A DNA stretch of 64,000 nt. Source: a bacterium. GTDB lineage: Bacteria; Patescibacteriota; Microgenomatia; Daviesbacterales; UBA10151. The notes beneath the pieces were generated by a model. It saw nothing but the letters and a program-made list of their open reading frames with translations, made no database searches and was not told the origin of the DNA. The position numbers and the translations under genes were made by a program. Positions 18,505 through 28,789 of this stretch are shown in pieces. The stretch spans positions 1 through 64,000 of the forward strand of contig JAJYNW010000005.1 of the NCBI GenBank assembly GCA_021786105.1. The letters run 5' to 3'. The number at the start of each line of letters is the position of its first letter. Positions within the stretch are counted from its first letter, which is position 1.

Positions 18505-20925
18505 ATGGCTGATTTTAATCTACAATCTACATCATTACCAGATAAACTTCCTGTCGGACCTTTAAGGGATGTGGTTATGTTTCCAGGAACAGCTCTGCCT
18601 ATTGCTTCTGGCCGCCCAATGTCCAAAGCTGCTTTAGACCAAGCTTGGTCCACTAACCGTTTAGTTGTTTTTGTTACCCAGAAAAACGGCCGGGTAGAAG
18701 AACCCAAGGAGAAAGATTTATATCAAGTTGGTACAGTTTGTCTTTTAAAAAGGATGATCAAAAACCCAGAAGGTGAGTACACGGTTCATGCTGAAGGTTT
18801 ACATCGGGTTTTCATTAAAAAGTACACCCAAAACGATCCCTATTTGGAAGCTGAGGTCACTGAACTTCCGGAACTTGCCGAAAGGAACGAAGAAGTTGAA
18901 GCCTTAATGAGAACGGTTAAGGACCAGTTCCGCCGTTTTATTGAGCTTGGAGGTAACCCCATCTTTGATCCAACAGTGTTTTCTAACTGGACTGCATCTT
19001 TGACTGTCATTTCCCAAAACGAAGATCCTAATTTATTAGTCAATTCCATTGCGTCCGCAGTTGAGTTTAAGACTATCGATAAACAGCAACTTTTGGAGAT
19101 GGTTTCCATTATTGATAGACTGCAAAGGCTGTCTGAGCTTTTGGCTAAAGAACTCAAAATTTTAGAAATCCAACAAAACTTGTCTTCGAAAACCCAGGAA
19201 AGAGTTTCCAAGATGACCCGGGAAGCAATCCTGCGTGAGCAGATGAAAAGTATTGCTGAGGAACTTGGTGAAGAGGGCGAGGGGAACCAGGAGATCCGGG
19301 AATTTGAGATCAAGATCAGACATTCAGGGATGCCCAAAGAAGTTCGCGAAAAGGCGATGAAAGAGTTGGCAGGTTTGGCCAAAATGTCCCAATACAACCC
19401 TGAAGCTTCCTATAAAAGAAATTATATTGAATGGCTAACAGACCTTCCCTGGAAAGTGAAAGACAACCCCCGGGTAGATATGAAAAAAGCAGAAAAAGTT
19501 TTGGATGAGGATCATTATGGCTTAAATAAAGTTAAGGAAAGAATCTTGGAATACCTGGCTGTCCACAAGCTTTCCGGCAAAGTTAAAGGCCCAATCCTTT
19601 GTTTTGTGGGACCTCCGGGAACCGGAAAAACTTCTATCGGTAAATCCATTGCCCGCTCGCTGGGAAGAAAATTCGTGAAAGTTTCCCTAGGCGGTATCCG
19701 GGATGAAGCCGAGATTCGCGGACACAGAAGGACTTATGTCGGATCAATGCCAGGAAGGATTGTCCAGGGAGTTAAACAAGCGGGGAGTGTGAATCCGGTA
19801 TTTATGCTCGATGAAATTGATAAGATTGGCATGGACTATCGCGGTGATCCCTCAGCAGCCCTTCTGGAAGCTTTGGATCCCGAACAAAACAATGCTTTCT
19901 CGGACCATTACCTAGAGGTGCCTTACGACCTTTCCGACGTGATGTTTATTACCACGGCCAACGTTTTGGACACTATCCCTCCGGCACTCCGTGACCGCTT
20001 GGAGATTATCCGTTATGCGGGTTATACAGAAGAAGAGAAATTTCACATTGCCCGAAAGTTCTTAATTCCGAAACAAATTGCCACCCATGGACTTAAGGAA
20101 AACCAAATCAAATTCGAGGATGATGCAGTTTATGCGGTGATCCGTGAATATACCCGAGAGGCTGGGGTAAGAAATCTGGAGAGGGAACTGACTTCTATCA
20201 TCCGTAAAGTTGTCCGTCAGGTTGCCGAAGGCGCCAAGAAGAAAACATTCATTATCACCCCGGAAGAAGTTACCAAGCTTTTGGGTCCGGCAAAATTCTT
20301 GCCACAACTTACCGAGGTTGAAGATACAGTGGGGACTGTTACCGGTTTGGCTTGGACAGAGGTTGGGGGAGATATCATGTTTATCGAAGTGACCTTGATG
20401 CCGGGTAAGGGCCAATTGATTTTGACCGGGCAATTGGGGGATGTGATGAAGGAATCCGGAACTGCAGCCATGTCCTATGTTCGGGCCCACTGGAGGGATT
20501 TAGGGCTTCCTGAAAGGTTCTATCAAAAGATTGATGTTCACGTCCATGTGCCGGAAGGGGCTGTGCCTAAAGATGGGCCTTCCGCAGGCATTGCTTTAAC
20601 AACAGCTTTGGTTTCGGCTTTAACCAAGATTCCGGTTAAAAAGGACGTGGCGATGACTGGTGAGATTACCCTCCGGGGAAGGGTGTTGGAAATTGGCGGG
20701 TTGAAAGAGAAGGTTATTGCCGCCCATCGGGCTGGGGTTAAGACTGTCATTGTTCCGGAAAACAACAGGAAAGATTTGGAGGACATTCCTGATTATGTCC
20801 AAAAGGACGTTAAGTTTGTCTTTGTCAAACACATGGATGAAGTTTTGAAGGTAGCTTTAACCAAACCTCCGGTTTCCTCCAACCATAAGCACCTTCAATT
20901 TTCTCCCTCCCCGGTTTTTGCTTGA
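18505..20925 (+). CDS. lon: ATP-dependent Lon protease
   Basis: LON N-domain, [22 protein letters not shown] and catalytic Lys. Confidence 0.97.
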   Translation: MADFNLQSTSLPDKLPVGPLRDVVMFPGTALPIASGRPMSKAALDQAWSTNRLVVFVTQKNGRVEEPKEKDLYQVGTVCLLKRMIKNPEGEYTVHAEGLHRVFIKKYTQNDPYLEAEVTELPELAERNEEVEALMRTVKDQFRRFIELGGNPIFDPTVFSNWTASLTVISQNEDPNLLVNSIASAVEFKTIDKQQLLEMVSIIDRLQRLSELLAKELKILEIQQNLSSKTQERVSKMTREAILREQMKSIAEELGEEGEGNQEIREFEIKIRHSGMPKEVREKAMKELAGLAKMSQYNPEASYKRNYIEWLTDLPWKVKDNPRVDMKKAEKVLDEDHYGLNKVKERILEYLAVHKLSGKVKGPILCFVGPPGTGKTSIGKSIARSLGRKFVKVSLGGIRDEAEIRGHRRTYVGSMPGRIVQGVKQAGSVNPVFMLDEIDKIGMDYRGDPSAALLEALDPEQNNAFSDHYLEVPYDLSDVMFITTANVLDTIPPALRDRLEIIRYAGYTEEEKFHIARKFLIPKQIATHGLKENQIKFEDDAVYAVIREYTREAGVRNLERELTSIIRKVVRQVAEGAKKKTFIITPEEVTKLLGPAKFLPQLTEVEDTVGTVTGLAWTEVGGDIMFIEVTLMPGKGQLILTGQLGDVMKESGTAAMSYVRAHWRDLGLPERFYQKIDVHVHVPEGAVPKDGPSAGIALTTALVSALTKIPVKKDVAMTGEITLRGRVLEIGGLKEKVIAAHRAGVKTVIVPENNRKDLEDIPDYVQKDVKFVFVKHMDEVLKVALTKPPVSSNHKHLQFSPSPVFA

Positions 20926-20930
20926 GCCTG

Positions 20931-20950
20931 TGCAAGGTGACGCCTTGCGT
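20931..20950. repeat. REP-like palindrome, third copy
   Basis: TGCAAGGTGACGCCTTGCGT; GCAAGG/CCTTGC stem, 5 nt after the lon stop. Confidence 0.8.
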
Positions 20951-21013
20951 AGGATGTGCGACATGATATTCAAGCCTTGACTTAAGATAGGCTCCCATAG
21001 TAAATTATTAGGC

Positions 21014-23020
21014 ATGGAGTTTGTCCTAGCCAATTCAACATTACTAATTTTGGGAGCTGCAGCTTTGGCTCTTCTTTATGGACTTTTCTTAAGCTCATGG
21101 ATTTTAAAGCTCCCTGCAGGGGATAAGAAAATGCAGGCTATTGCCCAGGCTATCCAGGAAGGAGCCAGCGCTTACCTCAATAAACAGTACCGAAGCATTG
21201 CAATTGTGGCCATAATCTTATTTGCCGGACTGTGGTATTTCCTGGGAACTAACACCGCTTTTGGGTTTTTGATTGGGGCTTTGGCTTCTGCTGCTGCCGG
21301 TTATATCGGTATGAATGTTTCTGTTAGGGCCAATGTCCGGACAACGGAGGCTGCTAAATCCGGTTTAGCCCGGGCTTTGGACGTGTCCTTCAAAGGTGGG
21401 GCAGTGACTGGTTTGATGGTGGTTGGTTTAGGTCTTTTATCGGTTTCCGGTTTCTATTTTTTAACCCATGATATTAAAGCCTTGGTGGGACTTGGTTTTG
21501 GAGGATCTTTAATTTCAGTTTTTGCCCGTTTAGGGGGAGGAATTTTTACCAAAGGTGCTGATGTGGGAACAGATATGGTGGGAAAGATTGAAGCAGGTAT
21601 TCCTGAGGATGATCCCCGGAATCCGGGTGTGATTGCTGATAACGTTGGTGATAACGTCGGTGATTGTGCCGGAATGGCGGCTGATCTTTTTGAAACCTAC
21701 GCTGTGACTGCTGTGGCTACTATCCTTCTAGGAAGCTTGGTCTTTGCCAACTTTAATAACGCTGTTATCTATCCTCTGGCTTTGGGTGCTGCCTCAATTG
21801 TGGCTTCAATCATTGGAACTTTCTTTGTTAAGCTTGGCGGAAGTAAGAATATCATGAATGCTTTGTACAAAGGATTGGCAGTTTCGGCTATTTTGGCGGC
21901 TATAGCTTTTTATCCTCTAACTCAATGGTTTATGGGTGGGAATGGACACTATGATCCGATGAGCTTGTATTGGGCTTCCCTTTTGGGATTAGTGGTGACA
22001 GTAGGTATGGTTTTAATAACCGAATATTATACTTCTACCCGCTATAATCCGGTCAAAGGTATTGCTCAAGCTTCTACTACCGGACATGGAACCAACATTA
22101 TTGCTGGTTTGGCTACCTCGATGAAGTCCACTTTTTTGCCAATTATCTTAATAGCAGCTGCTATCTTTGCCGCTTTTTCTCTGGCTGGACTTTACGGAAT
22201 TGCCGTTGCCGCTATGGCGATGCTTTCTATGACGGGAATTGTGGTGGCAATTGATGCTTACGGCCCGATTACTGACAATGCCGGTGGGATTGCTGAGATG
22301 GCGGAATTGCCGGATTCTGTTCGGGATGTCACTGATCCTTTGGATGCAGTTGGAAATACCACCAAAGCTGTAACTAAAGGTTATGCTATCGCTTCTGCAG
22401 GTTTGGCCGCCTTAGTACTCTTTGCCTCATATGCTCAAGATTTGGCAGCTTTAGGCAAAAACCTTTCCTTTTCCCTCTCTGACCCCAATGTTATTATCGG
22501 ACTCTTTATCGGTGGAGCTTTGCCATATTTCTTTGGAGCTTTGGCTATGGAAGCTGTCGGAAAAGCGGCTTATGCAGTTGTTAATGAAGTCCGACGCCAA
22601 TTTAAGGATATCAAAGGTATCATGAGCGGTAAAGCTAAACCGGATTACGGTAAAGCTGTAGCGATTGTTACCGAGGCTGCTCAAAAAGAGATGATTTTGC
22701 CGGCCCTAATCCCGGTTGCGGCTCCAATTTTGGTGGGGCTTATTTTGGGCCCGGCAGCCTTAGGGGGGTTGCTCATGGGAATTATCGTGACCGGTATTTT
22801 TGTGGCCATCTCCATGACTACTGGGGGAGCGGCCTGGGATAATGCCAAAAAGCATATTGAGGCCGGTAACTTTGGTGGCAAGAAATCTCCTGCTCATCAA
22901 GCAGCAGTTACAGGTGACACTGTCGGTGATCCTTATAAGGATACCGCTGGCCCGGCTATTAACCCGATGATTAAGGTAGCCAATATCGTTGCCTTACTTC
23001 TTGTTCCTTTCCTCAGATAA
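21014..23020 (+). CDS. hppA: Membrane-bound pyrophosphatase, predicted K+-independent H+-PPase
   Basis: [26 protein letters not shown] (Lys at the K+-dependence position), [10 protein letters not shown]. Confidence 0.93.
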   Translation: MEFVLANSTLLILGAAALALLYGLFLSSWILKLPAGDKKMQAIAQAIQEGASAYLNKQYRSIAIVAIILFAGLWYFLGTNTAFGFLIGALASAAAGYIGMNVSVRANVRTTEAAKSGLARALDVSFKGGAVTGLMVVGLGLLSVSGFYFLTHDIKALVGLGFGGSLISVFARLGGGIFTKGADVGTDMVGKIEAGIPEDDPRNPGVIADNVGDNVGDCAGMAADLFETYAVTAVATILLGSLVFANFNNAVIYPLALGAASIVASIIGTFFVKLGGSKNIMNALYKGLAVSAILAAIAFYPLTQWFMGGNGHYDPMSLYWASLLGLVVTVGMVLITEYYTSTRYNPVKGIAQASTTGHGTNIIAGLATSMKSTFLPIILIAAAIFAAFSLAGLYGIAVAAMAMLSMTGIVVAIDAYGPITDNAGGIAEMAELPDSVRDVTDPLDAVGNTTKAVTKGYAIASAGLAALVLFASYAQDLAALGKNLSFSLSDPNVIIGLFIGGALPYFFGALAMEAVGKAAYAVVNEVRRQFKDIKGIMSGKAKPDYGKAVAIVTEAAQKEMILPALIPVAAPILVGLILGPAALGGLLMGIIVTGIFVAISMTTGGAAWDNAKKHIEAGNFGGKKSPAHQAAVTGDTVGDPYKDTAGPAINPMIKVANIVALLLVPFLR

Positions 23021-23092
23021 TTGTATTCCTTACAGGAATATTACCTTGTCACTATCTATTTTTCGCGGGAATTAACTAAAGTTATTGTTTAT

Positions 23093-23491
23093 ATGAGGAA
23101 AGAAAATTTAATAGTGGCTGTAATTAATTCTGACGAGGAGATACTCCAAACCTTGGAGTTAATAATTCAAGCCGATGGCTATAGTACGGCGGCGGTAAAG
23201 TTACATGAATTACAAGAAAGGGGAGTCGAGGGTTATATTGAAAAAGTAAAACCAAAGGTAATAGTTTGGGACATTAATGATCCGGTTGACGAAAATATCA
23301 GACAATTGGATCGGTTCAAAAGGTCAAAAATTGCGGAGGGTAAGGGTCTTCTGGTGGTTACGCCTTTTACGGACGAAGTTGGAATCTTCTCAAAAAGAGT
23401 AGGCATGCCGGTAATGAACTTAGATGAACTTTTTAAGAGAAGTTTTTCGGAAACTATGAAGGAATATTTGGGTGCGGGGGGTAAAGAGTAA
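23093..23491 (+). CDS. Degenerate response-regulator receiver-like protein
   Basis: VAVINSD, VIVWD, LLVVT pattern; canonical acidic pair and KP lysine not evident. Confidence 0.55.
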   Translation: MRKENLIVAVINSDEEILQTLELIIQADGYSTAAVKLHELQERGVEGYIEKVKPKVIVWDINDPVDENIRQLDRFKRSKIAEGKGLLVVTPFTDEVGIFSKRVGMPVMNLDELFKRSFSETMKEYLGAGGKE

Positions 23492-23507
23492 GTAGCGCGT
23501 AGGGGAT
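23492..23507 (-). repeat. 16-bp duplicate of the tRNA-Glu 3' end (att-like)
   Basis: GTAGCGCGTAGGGGAT identical to 23627-23642. Confidence 0.85.
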
Positions 23508-23584
23508 GGATCTCTCCTCATTTCATTCGGAGTTGAACCTGCTTCGCCTCTGTGAGGCGCGCATAGTTCTTACCCAATACAGGC

Positions 23585-23626
23585 AAAAAACAAAAAATCC
23601 CACATAAAGTGGGACCTTTTGTTTTT
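23585..23626 (-). terminator. Intrinsic, possibly bidirectional, terminator after tRNA-Glu
   Basis: TCCCAC-ATAAA-GTGGGA stem flanked by A and T tracts on both sides. Confidence 0.7.
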
Positions 23627-23627
23627 G

Positions 23628-23701
23628 TAGCGCGTAGGGGATTCGAACCCCTGATTACTGGAATGAGAATCCAGTGTCCTAGGCCACTAGACGAACGCGC
23701 C
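23628..23701 (-). tRNA. tRNA-Glu (anticodon CTC); CCA not encoded
   Basis: GGCGCGT acceptor, D-loop AGTGG, CTGGA-TTCTCAT-TCCAG anticodon arm, AGGGG-TTCGAAT-CCCCT T-arm. Confidence 0.95.
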
Positions 23702-23776
23702 GCGTTGCTCTGCGTTCATCTGCGAGATCTCTAATACTATTGAAATCGTTGTTTCAATAGCGCTCCAATCTCTAAT

Positions 23777-23789
23777 GACGAACGCGCCG
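23777..23789 (-). repeat. 13-bp duplicate of the tRNA-Glu 5' end
   Basis: GACGAACGCGCCG identical to 23690-23702. Confidence 0.8.
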
Positions 23790-23882
23790 TACTGGTAATT
23801 TTAACAAAATTTACATATTTCTACCACTAATCTTGCAAAAGATAGATAAGATTAAAGAGTGCTTCTCCAAGATATTGTGAGA

Positions 23883-23911
23883 TTGACATTTGAGGCTAGG
23901 TAACCTAAAAT
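23883..23911 (+). promoter_or_regulatory. Sigma70-type promoter of greA
   Basis: TTGACA-17 nt-TAAAAT. Confidence 0.7.
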
Positions 23912-23939
23912 TTACAAAGCGTTTTCGTAATTTAAAATT

Positions 23940-24428
23940 ATGGCCAAAATAACTAAAAACCTTAGGCCTGCTACAAGTGTATACCTTACCCAAGAGGGTC
24001 TAAAAGAGGCCCGTGAAGAGTTGGACTTTTTAACATCTACAAAAAGAGCGCAAATTTCCGAAAGAATTGAGAAGGCCCGGGAGTTCGGTGACATAGCTGA
24101 AAATGCCGAGTACGATTCAGCGCTTGAAGAACAAGCTTTAGTTGAAAATAGAATAGCTTATCTTGAGGAGGTCTTAAAAGACGCCAAGGTTATCAAAAAT
24201 GGAGTAAAAAGTGATTTCGTGGTTATCGGCTCAACAGTGACGGTCGAGATGGAAGGGGAAATTGATGAATTTACTATTGTTGGCAAAGTCGAAGCTAATC
24301 CTCTAAAAAAGAGAATTTCCAATGAATCACCTTTAGGGTCATCCCTCCTAGGAGCTAAGGTAGGCGAGACAATTGAGGTTGCTACTCCCATTGTTAGATA
24401 TAAATGTAAGGTATTAAAAATCAAATGA
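23940..24428 (+). CDS. greA: Transcription elongation factor GreA
   Basis: LTQEG, AREFGDIAENAEY, ISNESPLG. Confidence 0.96.
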   Translation: MAKITKNLRPATSVYLTQEGLKEAREELDFLTSTKRAQISERIEKAREFGDIAENAEYDSALEEQALVENRIAYLEEVLKDAKVIKNGVKSDFVVIGSTVTVEMEGEIDEFTIVGKVEANPLKKRISNESPLGSSLLGAKVGETIEVATPIVRYKCKVLKIK

Positions 24429-25780
24429 CGAAACAATTTATTAAAGAATTTAATGTAGACACCTCTTATCTTACAAAAGAAGAGTTAGAGGCTTTAAAGA
24501 AACTGGTGGAAGCTGCTGAGCTTATAGCTGATGTTTATGCGATACAGCTTCGTGATGGTTTTTATCCTAAGGGAGCTACCCGCCATGAAATTGAAAAAGC
24601 TGCTGCTAAAAATCCAGCTATTCTTTCTCCGTACACTGTGGTGGAAAGGGATAAAAGCGGTAATCTGGTAGCCATTCCTTATCATGAGAAATACAAGGAC
24701 CTACTTATACCTGTTGCAAAAAAGCTTACTGAGGCAGCTCAAATAGCAACTTCCCATAATGATTTTCGCAAGGCTTTGCTTGCTCAAGCTAAATCATTGC
24801 TTGAGGGAAATTATGATCAAGCACAAATCGCTTGGTTAAAAATTAACCCCTACATATTAGATATTGTTATCGGTCCGCTAGAGAGGGTTGAAGACAATAT
24901 GTTCTTTGTTAAAAGGTCTTATCAGGCTTGGGTAGGTATGATGGATAAAAACATTACTGATAGGATTAACGGGTTAAAGGAGATTGTCTTTTCAGCTAGG
25001 CGCCAGGTTTTACCGTCTGAGGGGGTGGATTTTATGGATAAGACTCAACTCAGAGCGGATGAAACAATCATTATGTCTGGAATGATTGCCAACTATAACT
25101 ATACCGCAACCACCCTGCCGAACGATATCGAAATACTGGAAAAATATGGGAGCGAAGGATGGGTCTTTTTGCCTTTAGTAAGAAAAAATTTTGAAGATTG
25201 TCAATATCCTCTGTTCAATCTAATATTTGCACCATTTTTCAAAAACTCTTTTTCTCAGGGACAGCTACTTAGGGGATACCAGTTATTGATTGCAATACAT
25301 GAGATAGCCCGAATCGTAGTCCGTTATCGCTTTGCCACTGATAGGTTAAAAGAGCTGTATCCAATATTCAACGAAGCGGCGATAGAGGCTTTAGCTATTA
25401 AGATGGCCGGAACAATGCTTCTTAAAGATGTTATTTCCCAAAAAGAAATGGAAGCGGTTTTGGTAATGTTTGTAACCCGGATGTTTGATGGCTATTTTGA
25501 AAAAATGGACCAAAAGAGCGCTTCTGAACCGCTGGTTCAAAGTAATGCCATCATGCTTAACTCTTTAATCTCAAAAGGGTCGCTCCAACTAACCAAGGAT
25601 GGTATGTCATGGCCAAATTTTACCAAGATGTATATTGCGGTTGCGGAATTGGCTGATGAGCTGGAAAAGATATTAGCCGAAGGAACTTATAAAGATGCCT
25701 ATAACTATATGCAAAAAAGTTCTTCTTTAGACGTTTTTCAAAAGTTTTCCAAAGCCCTAAAGAACTTACAAAGGGATTAA
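24425..25780 (+). CDS. DPP-III/peptidase M49-like protein (pentapeptide subfamily), predicted inactive
   Basis: FYP, SPYTVV, IPY, IGPLE, LPND...KYGS; HEIAR in place of HExxH; LKELY...NEAAIE. Confidence 0.72.
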   Translation: MTKQFIKEFNVDTSYLTKEELEALKKLVEAAELIADVYAIQLRDGFYPKGATRHEIEKAAAKNPAILSPYTVVERDKSGNLVAIPYHEKYKDLLIPVAKKLTEAAQIATSHNDFRKALLAQAKSLLEGNYDQAQIAWLKINPYILDIVIGPLERVEDNMFFVKRSYQAWVGMMDKNITDRINGLKEIVFSARRQVLPSEGVDFMDKTQLRADETIIMSGMIANYNYTATTLPNDIEILEKYGSEGWVFLPLVRKNFEDCQYPLFNLIFAPFFKNSFSQGQLLRGYQLLIAIHEIARIVVRYRFATDRLKELYPIFNEAAIEALAIKMAGTMLLKDVISQKEMEAVLVMFVTRMFDGYFEKMDQKSASEPLVQSNAIMLNSLISKGSLQLTKDGMSWPNFTKMYIAVAELADELEKILAEGTYKDAYNYMQKSSSLDVFQKFSKALKNLQRD

Positions 25781-25835
25781 CCTCCTATTTTATTATATTT
25801 CAAACCTAAAATAATAGCGGATGTAATATTTATCT

Positions 25836-25864
25836 TTGACAATAATAGTATGAAAAAGTAAAAT
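25836..25864 (+). promoter_or_regulatory. Sigma70-type promoter of the second M49-like gene
   Basis: TTGACA-17 nt-TAAAAT. Confidence 0.65.
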
Positions 25865-25885
25865 ACATGCCTGGAAGTTGAAAAA

Positions 25886-27280
25886 ATGAGCGAATTCATA
25901 AGTAGCCGGAGACCTATAGATGAATATCAAGTTGATACTGATAGTTTACGTCCTGGACAACGGGTGATTTTTAACGAACTTGAAGGAGTGGCACACGTTG
26001 GGGCAGATATCTATCTGGCCCAAAAATATCTCCTCCGTCCCTATAGAGGAAAATTTACCGAGCTAGTCAAGGATGACCCGTTGGCGGATCACCGTAGCAC
26101 TTTGCCCGAATCTGACGGGAGATTTGTTTATTATTGGGAACATTCAGAAATCAGACCTTTGCTACAAGATGCTCAGGCTAGGATTTTGTCTGCCTCTAGT
26201 TTAGCTCGAAGTGTTGGGGAAGCAGGTTTAGAAGATTATCTTTACGTTGTTGGAAATGAGTTGACAACTGGAAATAAACAAGCTGTTTGGGAAAAATATC
26301 TAGCACCACTACCTTCCAGAATTAATTTCCATATCCTTTTTGAGGAGACTGAAAAAGGAAAAGAGATGTGCCAGGTTTATGTGGGTGTCGTAGACGCAGA
26401 AGAAACGAGAAAAGCAAAAGCAGATATTAAGATGATCAGAGAAGCAGGAATGAGAAGAAATAGAGGGGTGTGGTTTACTCCTAGTTCCGAGATAAGTGTA
26501 GATAACGAAGGGGTGGTTGCAGGATTTCTTTCTTCAGAAGCCAGCCGTCAGCGTCGTCGGGAAGCAGGAATAGAAGAAGGAGTAGCTACAGGAGCAAGCG
26601 CGGAAAATCTCCCAAATGATCGTGAAGTAGCGGAAAAGTATGGGACGAGACTAATTTTTTATCAACATCAGTTTAAGGAAGTTGTGCAGTTCGATATTTT
26701 AAGTAAATGCGATCTGTTTTTGGCATCAGGACTCATGCCTAAACCACAAGGAGTTTTACGATTTGTTGAATTGCACGAGTTCCAACACGATGAGAGATAT
26801 GCTAACTATTTAGGTGAACTTCATACAGCATTAAGAGAATCATATGCTAATCAGGGAGGATTAGATTTAGGGGCGGAGGTTTGGGATTCAGATATGAGCG
26901 GGACAAAATTGTTAAGTGTGGTTAGCGGTGCTTTAGGATATGCGATTCGTGATTGTTATGAAGTCTTATCAGGGAAAGAAAATACTACAGATTTAGGCAG
27001 GCTAATGGAAGTTTCTAACTATATCCCAGGGAATTTAGCTTGGATTAATTTGGCGATACAAGAAGGGGCGTTTGTTGTGAGGGGGGGACTTATTACCCAT
27101 ATCAGCATTCCTAAAACTATTGACTTATCGAGACGGTTGGCGGCGGAAGAGCGGAAATTGTTACGAAATGGAACGATCCAAGATGTCCGGAACTATTTTG
27201 AGGGCAATCTACCTAAAACAGCGCTTCCTTTAGGTAAACTAGGCAGGCCGGTAAACAAAGAAGCAGGACAGGTAGCTTAG
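25886..27280 (+). CDS. Divergent DPP-III/peptidase M49-like zinc metalloprotein
   Basis: AENLPNDREVAEKYG, HEFQH, LGELHTALRESYAN (third-ligand Glu). Confidence 0.62.
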   Translation: MSEFISSRRPIDEYQVDTDSLRPGQRVIFNELEGVAHVGADIYLAQKYLLRPYRGKFTELVKDDPLADHRSTLPESDGRFVYYWEHSEIRPLLQDAQARILSASSLARSVGEAGLEDYLYVVGNELTTGNKQAVWEKYLAPLPSRINFHILFEETEKGKEMCQVYVGVVDAEETRKAKADIKMIREAGMRRNRGVWFTPSSEISVDNEGVVAGFLSSEASRQRRREAGIEEGVATGASAENLPNDREVAEKYGTRLIFYQHQFKEVVQFDILSKCDLFLASGLMPKPQGVLRFVELHEFQHDERYANYLGELHTALRESYANQGGLDLGAEVWDSDMSGTKLLSVVSGALGYAIRDCYEVLSGKENTTDLGRLMEVSNYIPGNLAWINLAIQEGAFVVRGGLITHISIPKTIDLSRRLAAEERKLLRNGTIQDVRNYFEGNLPKTALPLGKLGRPVNKEAGQVA

Positions 27281-27325
27281 CCTCAATATCTTTTAAAAAC
27301 CCTCAACTTTAGATATACTTGACCC

Positions 27326-28789
27326 ATGGCTTTAGAGAGTTTACAAAAAGAGAGACTAAAAAAATTAAAAAATATTAAATCTTTAGGAATAAACCCTTAT
27401 CCGGCAACAACCAACCGTAAGCAAACTACAGCCGAAGCTCTGAAAATGGTTGGTAAAAAAGTAGCGGTTGCTGGCAGATTGCGGTCGCTCCGTCCGCATG
27501 GGAAAATTGCTTTTGCCGACTTAGAGGATGTATCCGGTAAAATCCAACTCTTTTTTTCTCAAAATGAACTACCCCAAAATTATGATTTTCTAAACAACTT
27601 GGACCTGGGGGATTTTATCCAAGCCGAAGGTGAAGTTTTTAAAACCCAAGCCGGAGAAATTACTGTCAAGGTTCAAGTCTATCAATTATTAACTAAGTCC
27701 TTAAGGCCCCTTCCTTCTGCCTGGTATGGTTTGGAGGACGTTGAGGAGCGGTACCGCCAACGTTATGTTGATTTAATTATTAACCCCGAGGTCAGGCAGG
27801 TTATGGATACGAGACACAAGATAGTGAGGTTTATTAGAAACTTTTTGGAAGACAGGGGGTTTACGGAAGTGGAAACTCCGGTACTGCAACCAATTTATGG
27901 CGGGGCAACCGCCAGGCCGTTTATCACCAAACACAATGTCTTGGATGCCAACTTTTATCTGCGGATTGCTGATGAGCTCTATCTTAAAAGACTAATTGTT
28001 GGAGGTTATGAAAAAGTTTTTGAAATTAATAAGGATTTCCGCAACGAAGGTATTGACCGTCAGCACAGTCCGGAATTTACCATGTTGGAATTTTATTGGG
28101 CTTATGCAAATTATGAAGATTTAATGAAATTGACGGAAGAGATGGTTTCAAAACTAGTTAAAGAAATTCATGGGAGTTATAAATTCAAATATGAAGGAAC
28201 TGAATTAGACTTTACAGCACCTTTTAAAAGAGTTAGTTTCAATGAACTAGTTAAAAAGTACAGCGGCATAGATTTGGAAAAAATTAAGACGGAAGAGGAG
28301 ATTAAAGACGCTATTAAGGAAAAAGGGATTAAACTTGATTTTAAAGGTGTGGTAGGGGCAGGACCTTTAGTTGATGAACTCTATAAAAAGGTAGCTCGGC
28401 TCCAGGTTCAACAACCTACTTTTGTGACGGATTATCCCTATGCCATGAAACCTTTAAGTAAAAGAAAAGAGGATGACCCAGAAAAATCAGCCAGCTTCCA
28501 ACTTTTAGTAATGGGGTTTGAATTAGTTAATGCTTACAACGAACTTAATAATCCTCAAGAACAGGAAGCCAGGTGGAGGGAAGAGCTGGAATTGGCTAAA
28601 AAAGGTCTGGAGGAGCACCAGGTTTTAGATGAAGATTATATCCGGGCATTGGAATATGGAATGCCGCCAACAGCCGGTTTTGGAATGGGGATCGATAGGC
28701 TGACGGCAATTTTAACAGACCAACATAGCTTAAAAGACGTTATACTTTTCCCCACCTTAAAACCGGAGAAAAGGAGGAAGAAGAAATAA
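27326..28789 (+). CDS. lysS: Lysine--tRNA ligase (class II)
   Basis: OB-fold, RYRQRYVDL, GGATARPF, FRNEG, EFTMLE, GMPPTAGFGMGIDRL. Confidence 0.97.
   Translation: MALESLQKERLKKLKNIKSLGINPYPATTNRKQTTAEALKMVGKKVAVAGRLRSLRPHGKIAFADLEDVSGKIQLFFSQNELPQNYDFLNNLDLGDFIQAEGEVFKTQAGEITVKVQVYQLLTKSLRPLPSAWYGLEDVEERYRQRYVDLIINPEVRQVMDTRHKIVRFIRNFLEDRGFTEVETPVLQPIYGGATARPFITKHNVLDANFYLRIADELYLKRLIVGGYEKVFEINKDFRNEGIDRQHSPEFTMLEFYWAYANYEDLMKLTEEMVSKLVKEIHGSYKFKYEGTELDFTAPFKRVSFNELVKKYSGIDLEKIKTEEEIKDAIKEKGIKLDFKGVVGAGPLVDELYKKVARLQVQQPTFVTDYPYAMKPLSKRKEDDPEKSASFQLLVMGFELVNAYNELNNPQEQEARWREELELAKKGLEEHQVLDEDYIRALEYGMPPTAGFGMGIDRLTAILTDQHSLKDVILFPTLKPEKRRKKK

Noticed and set aside
23508-23584. Second tRNA gene downstream of tRNA-Glu
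   Set aside because: Has a T-loop-like motif and a hairpin but no complete cloverleaf or 7-nt anticodon loop; treated as part of the element
25867-25881. Mini-uORF MPGS upstream of the second M49-like gene
   Set aside because: The ATG is only 2 nt from the -10 box, so it is probably upstream of the transcription start
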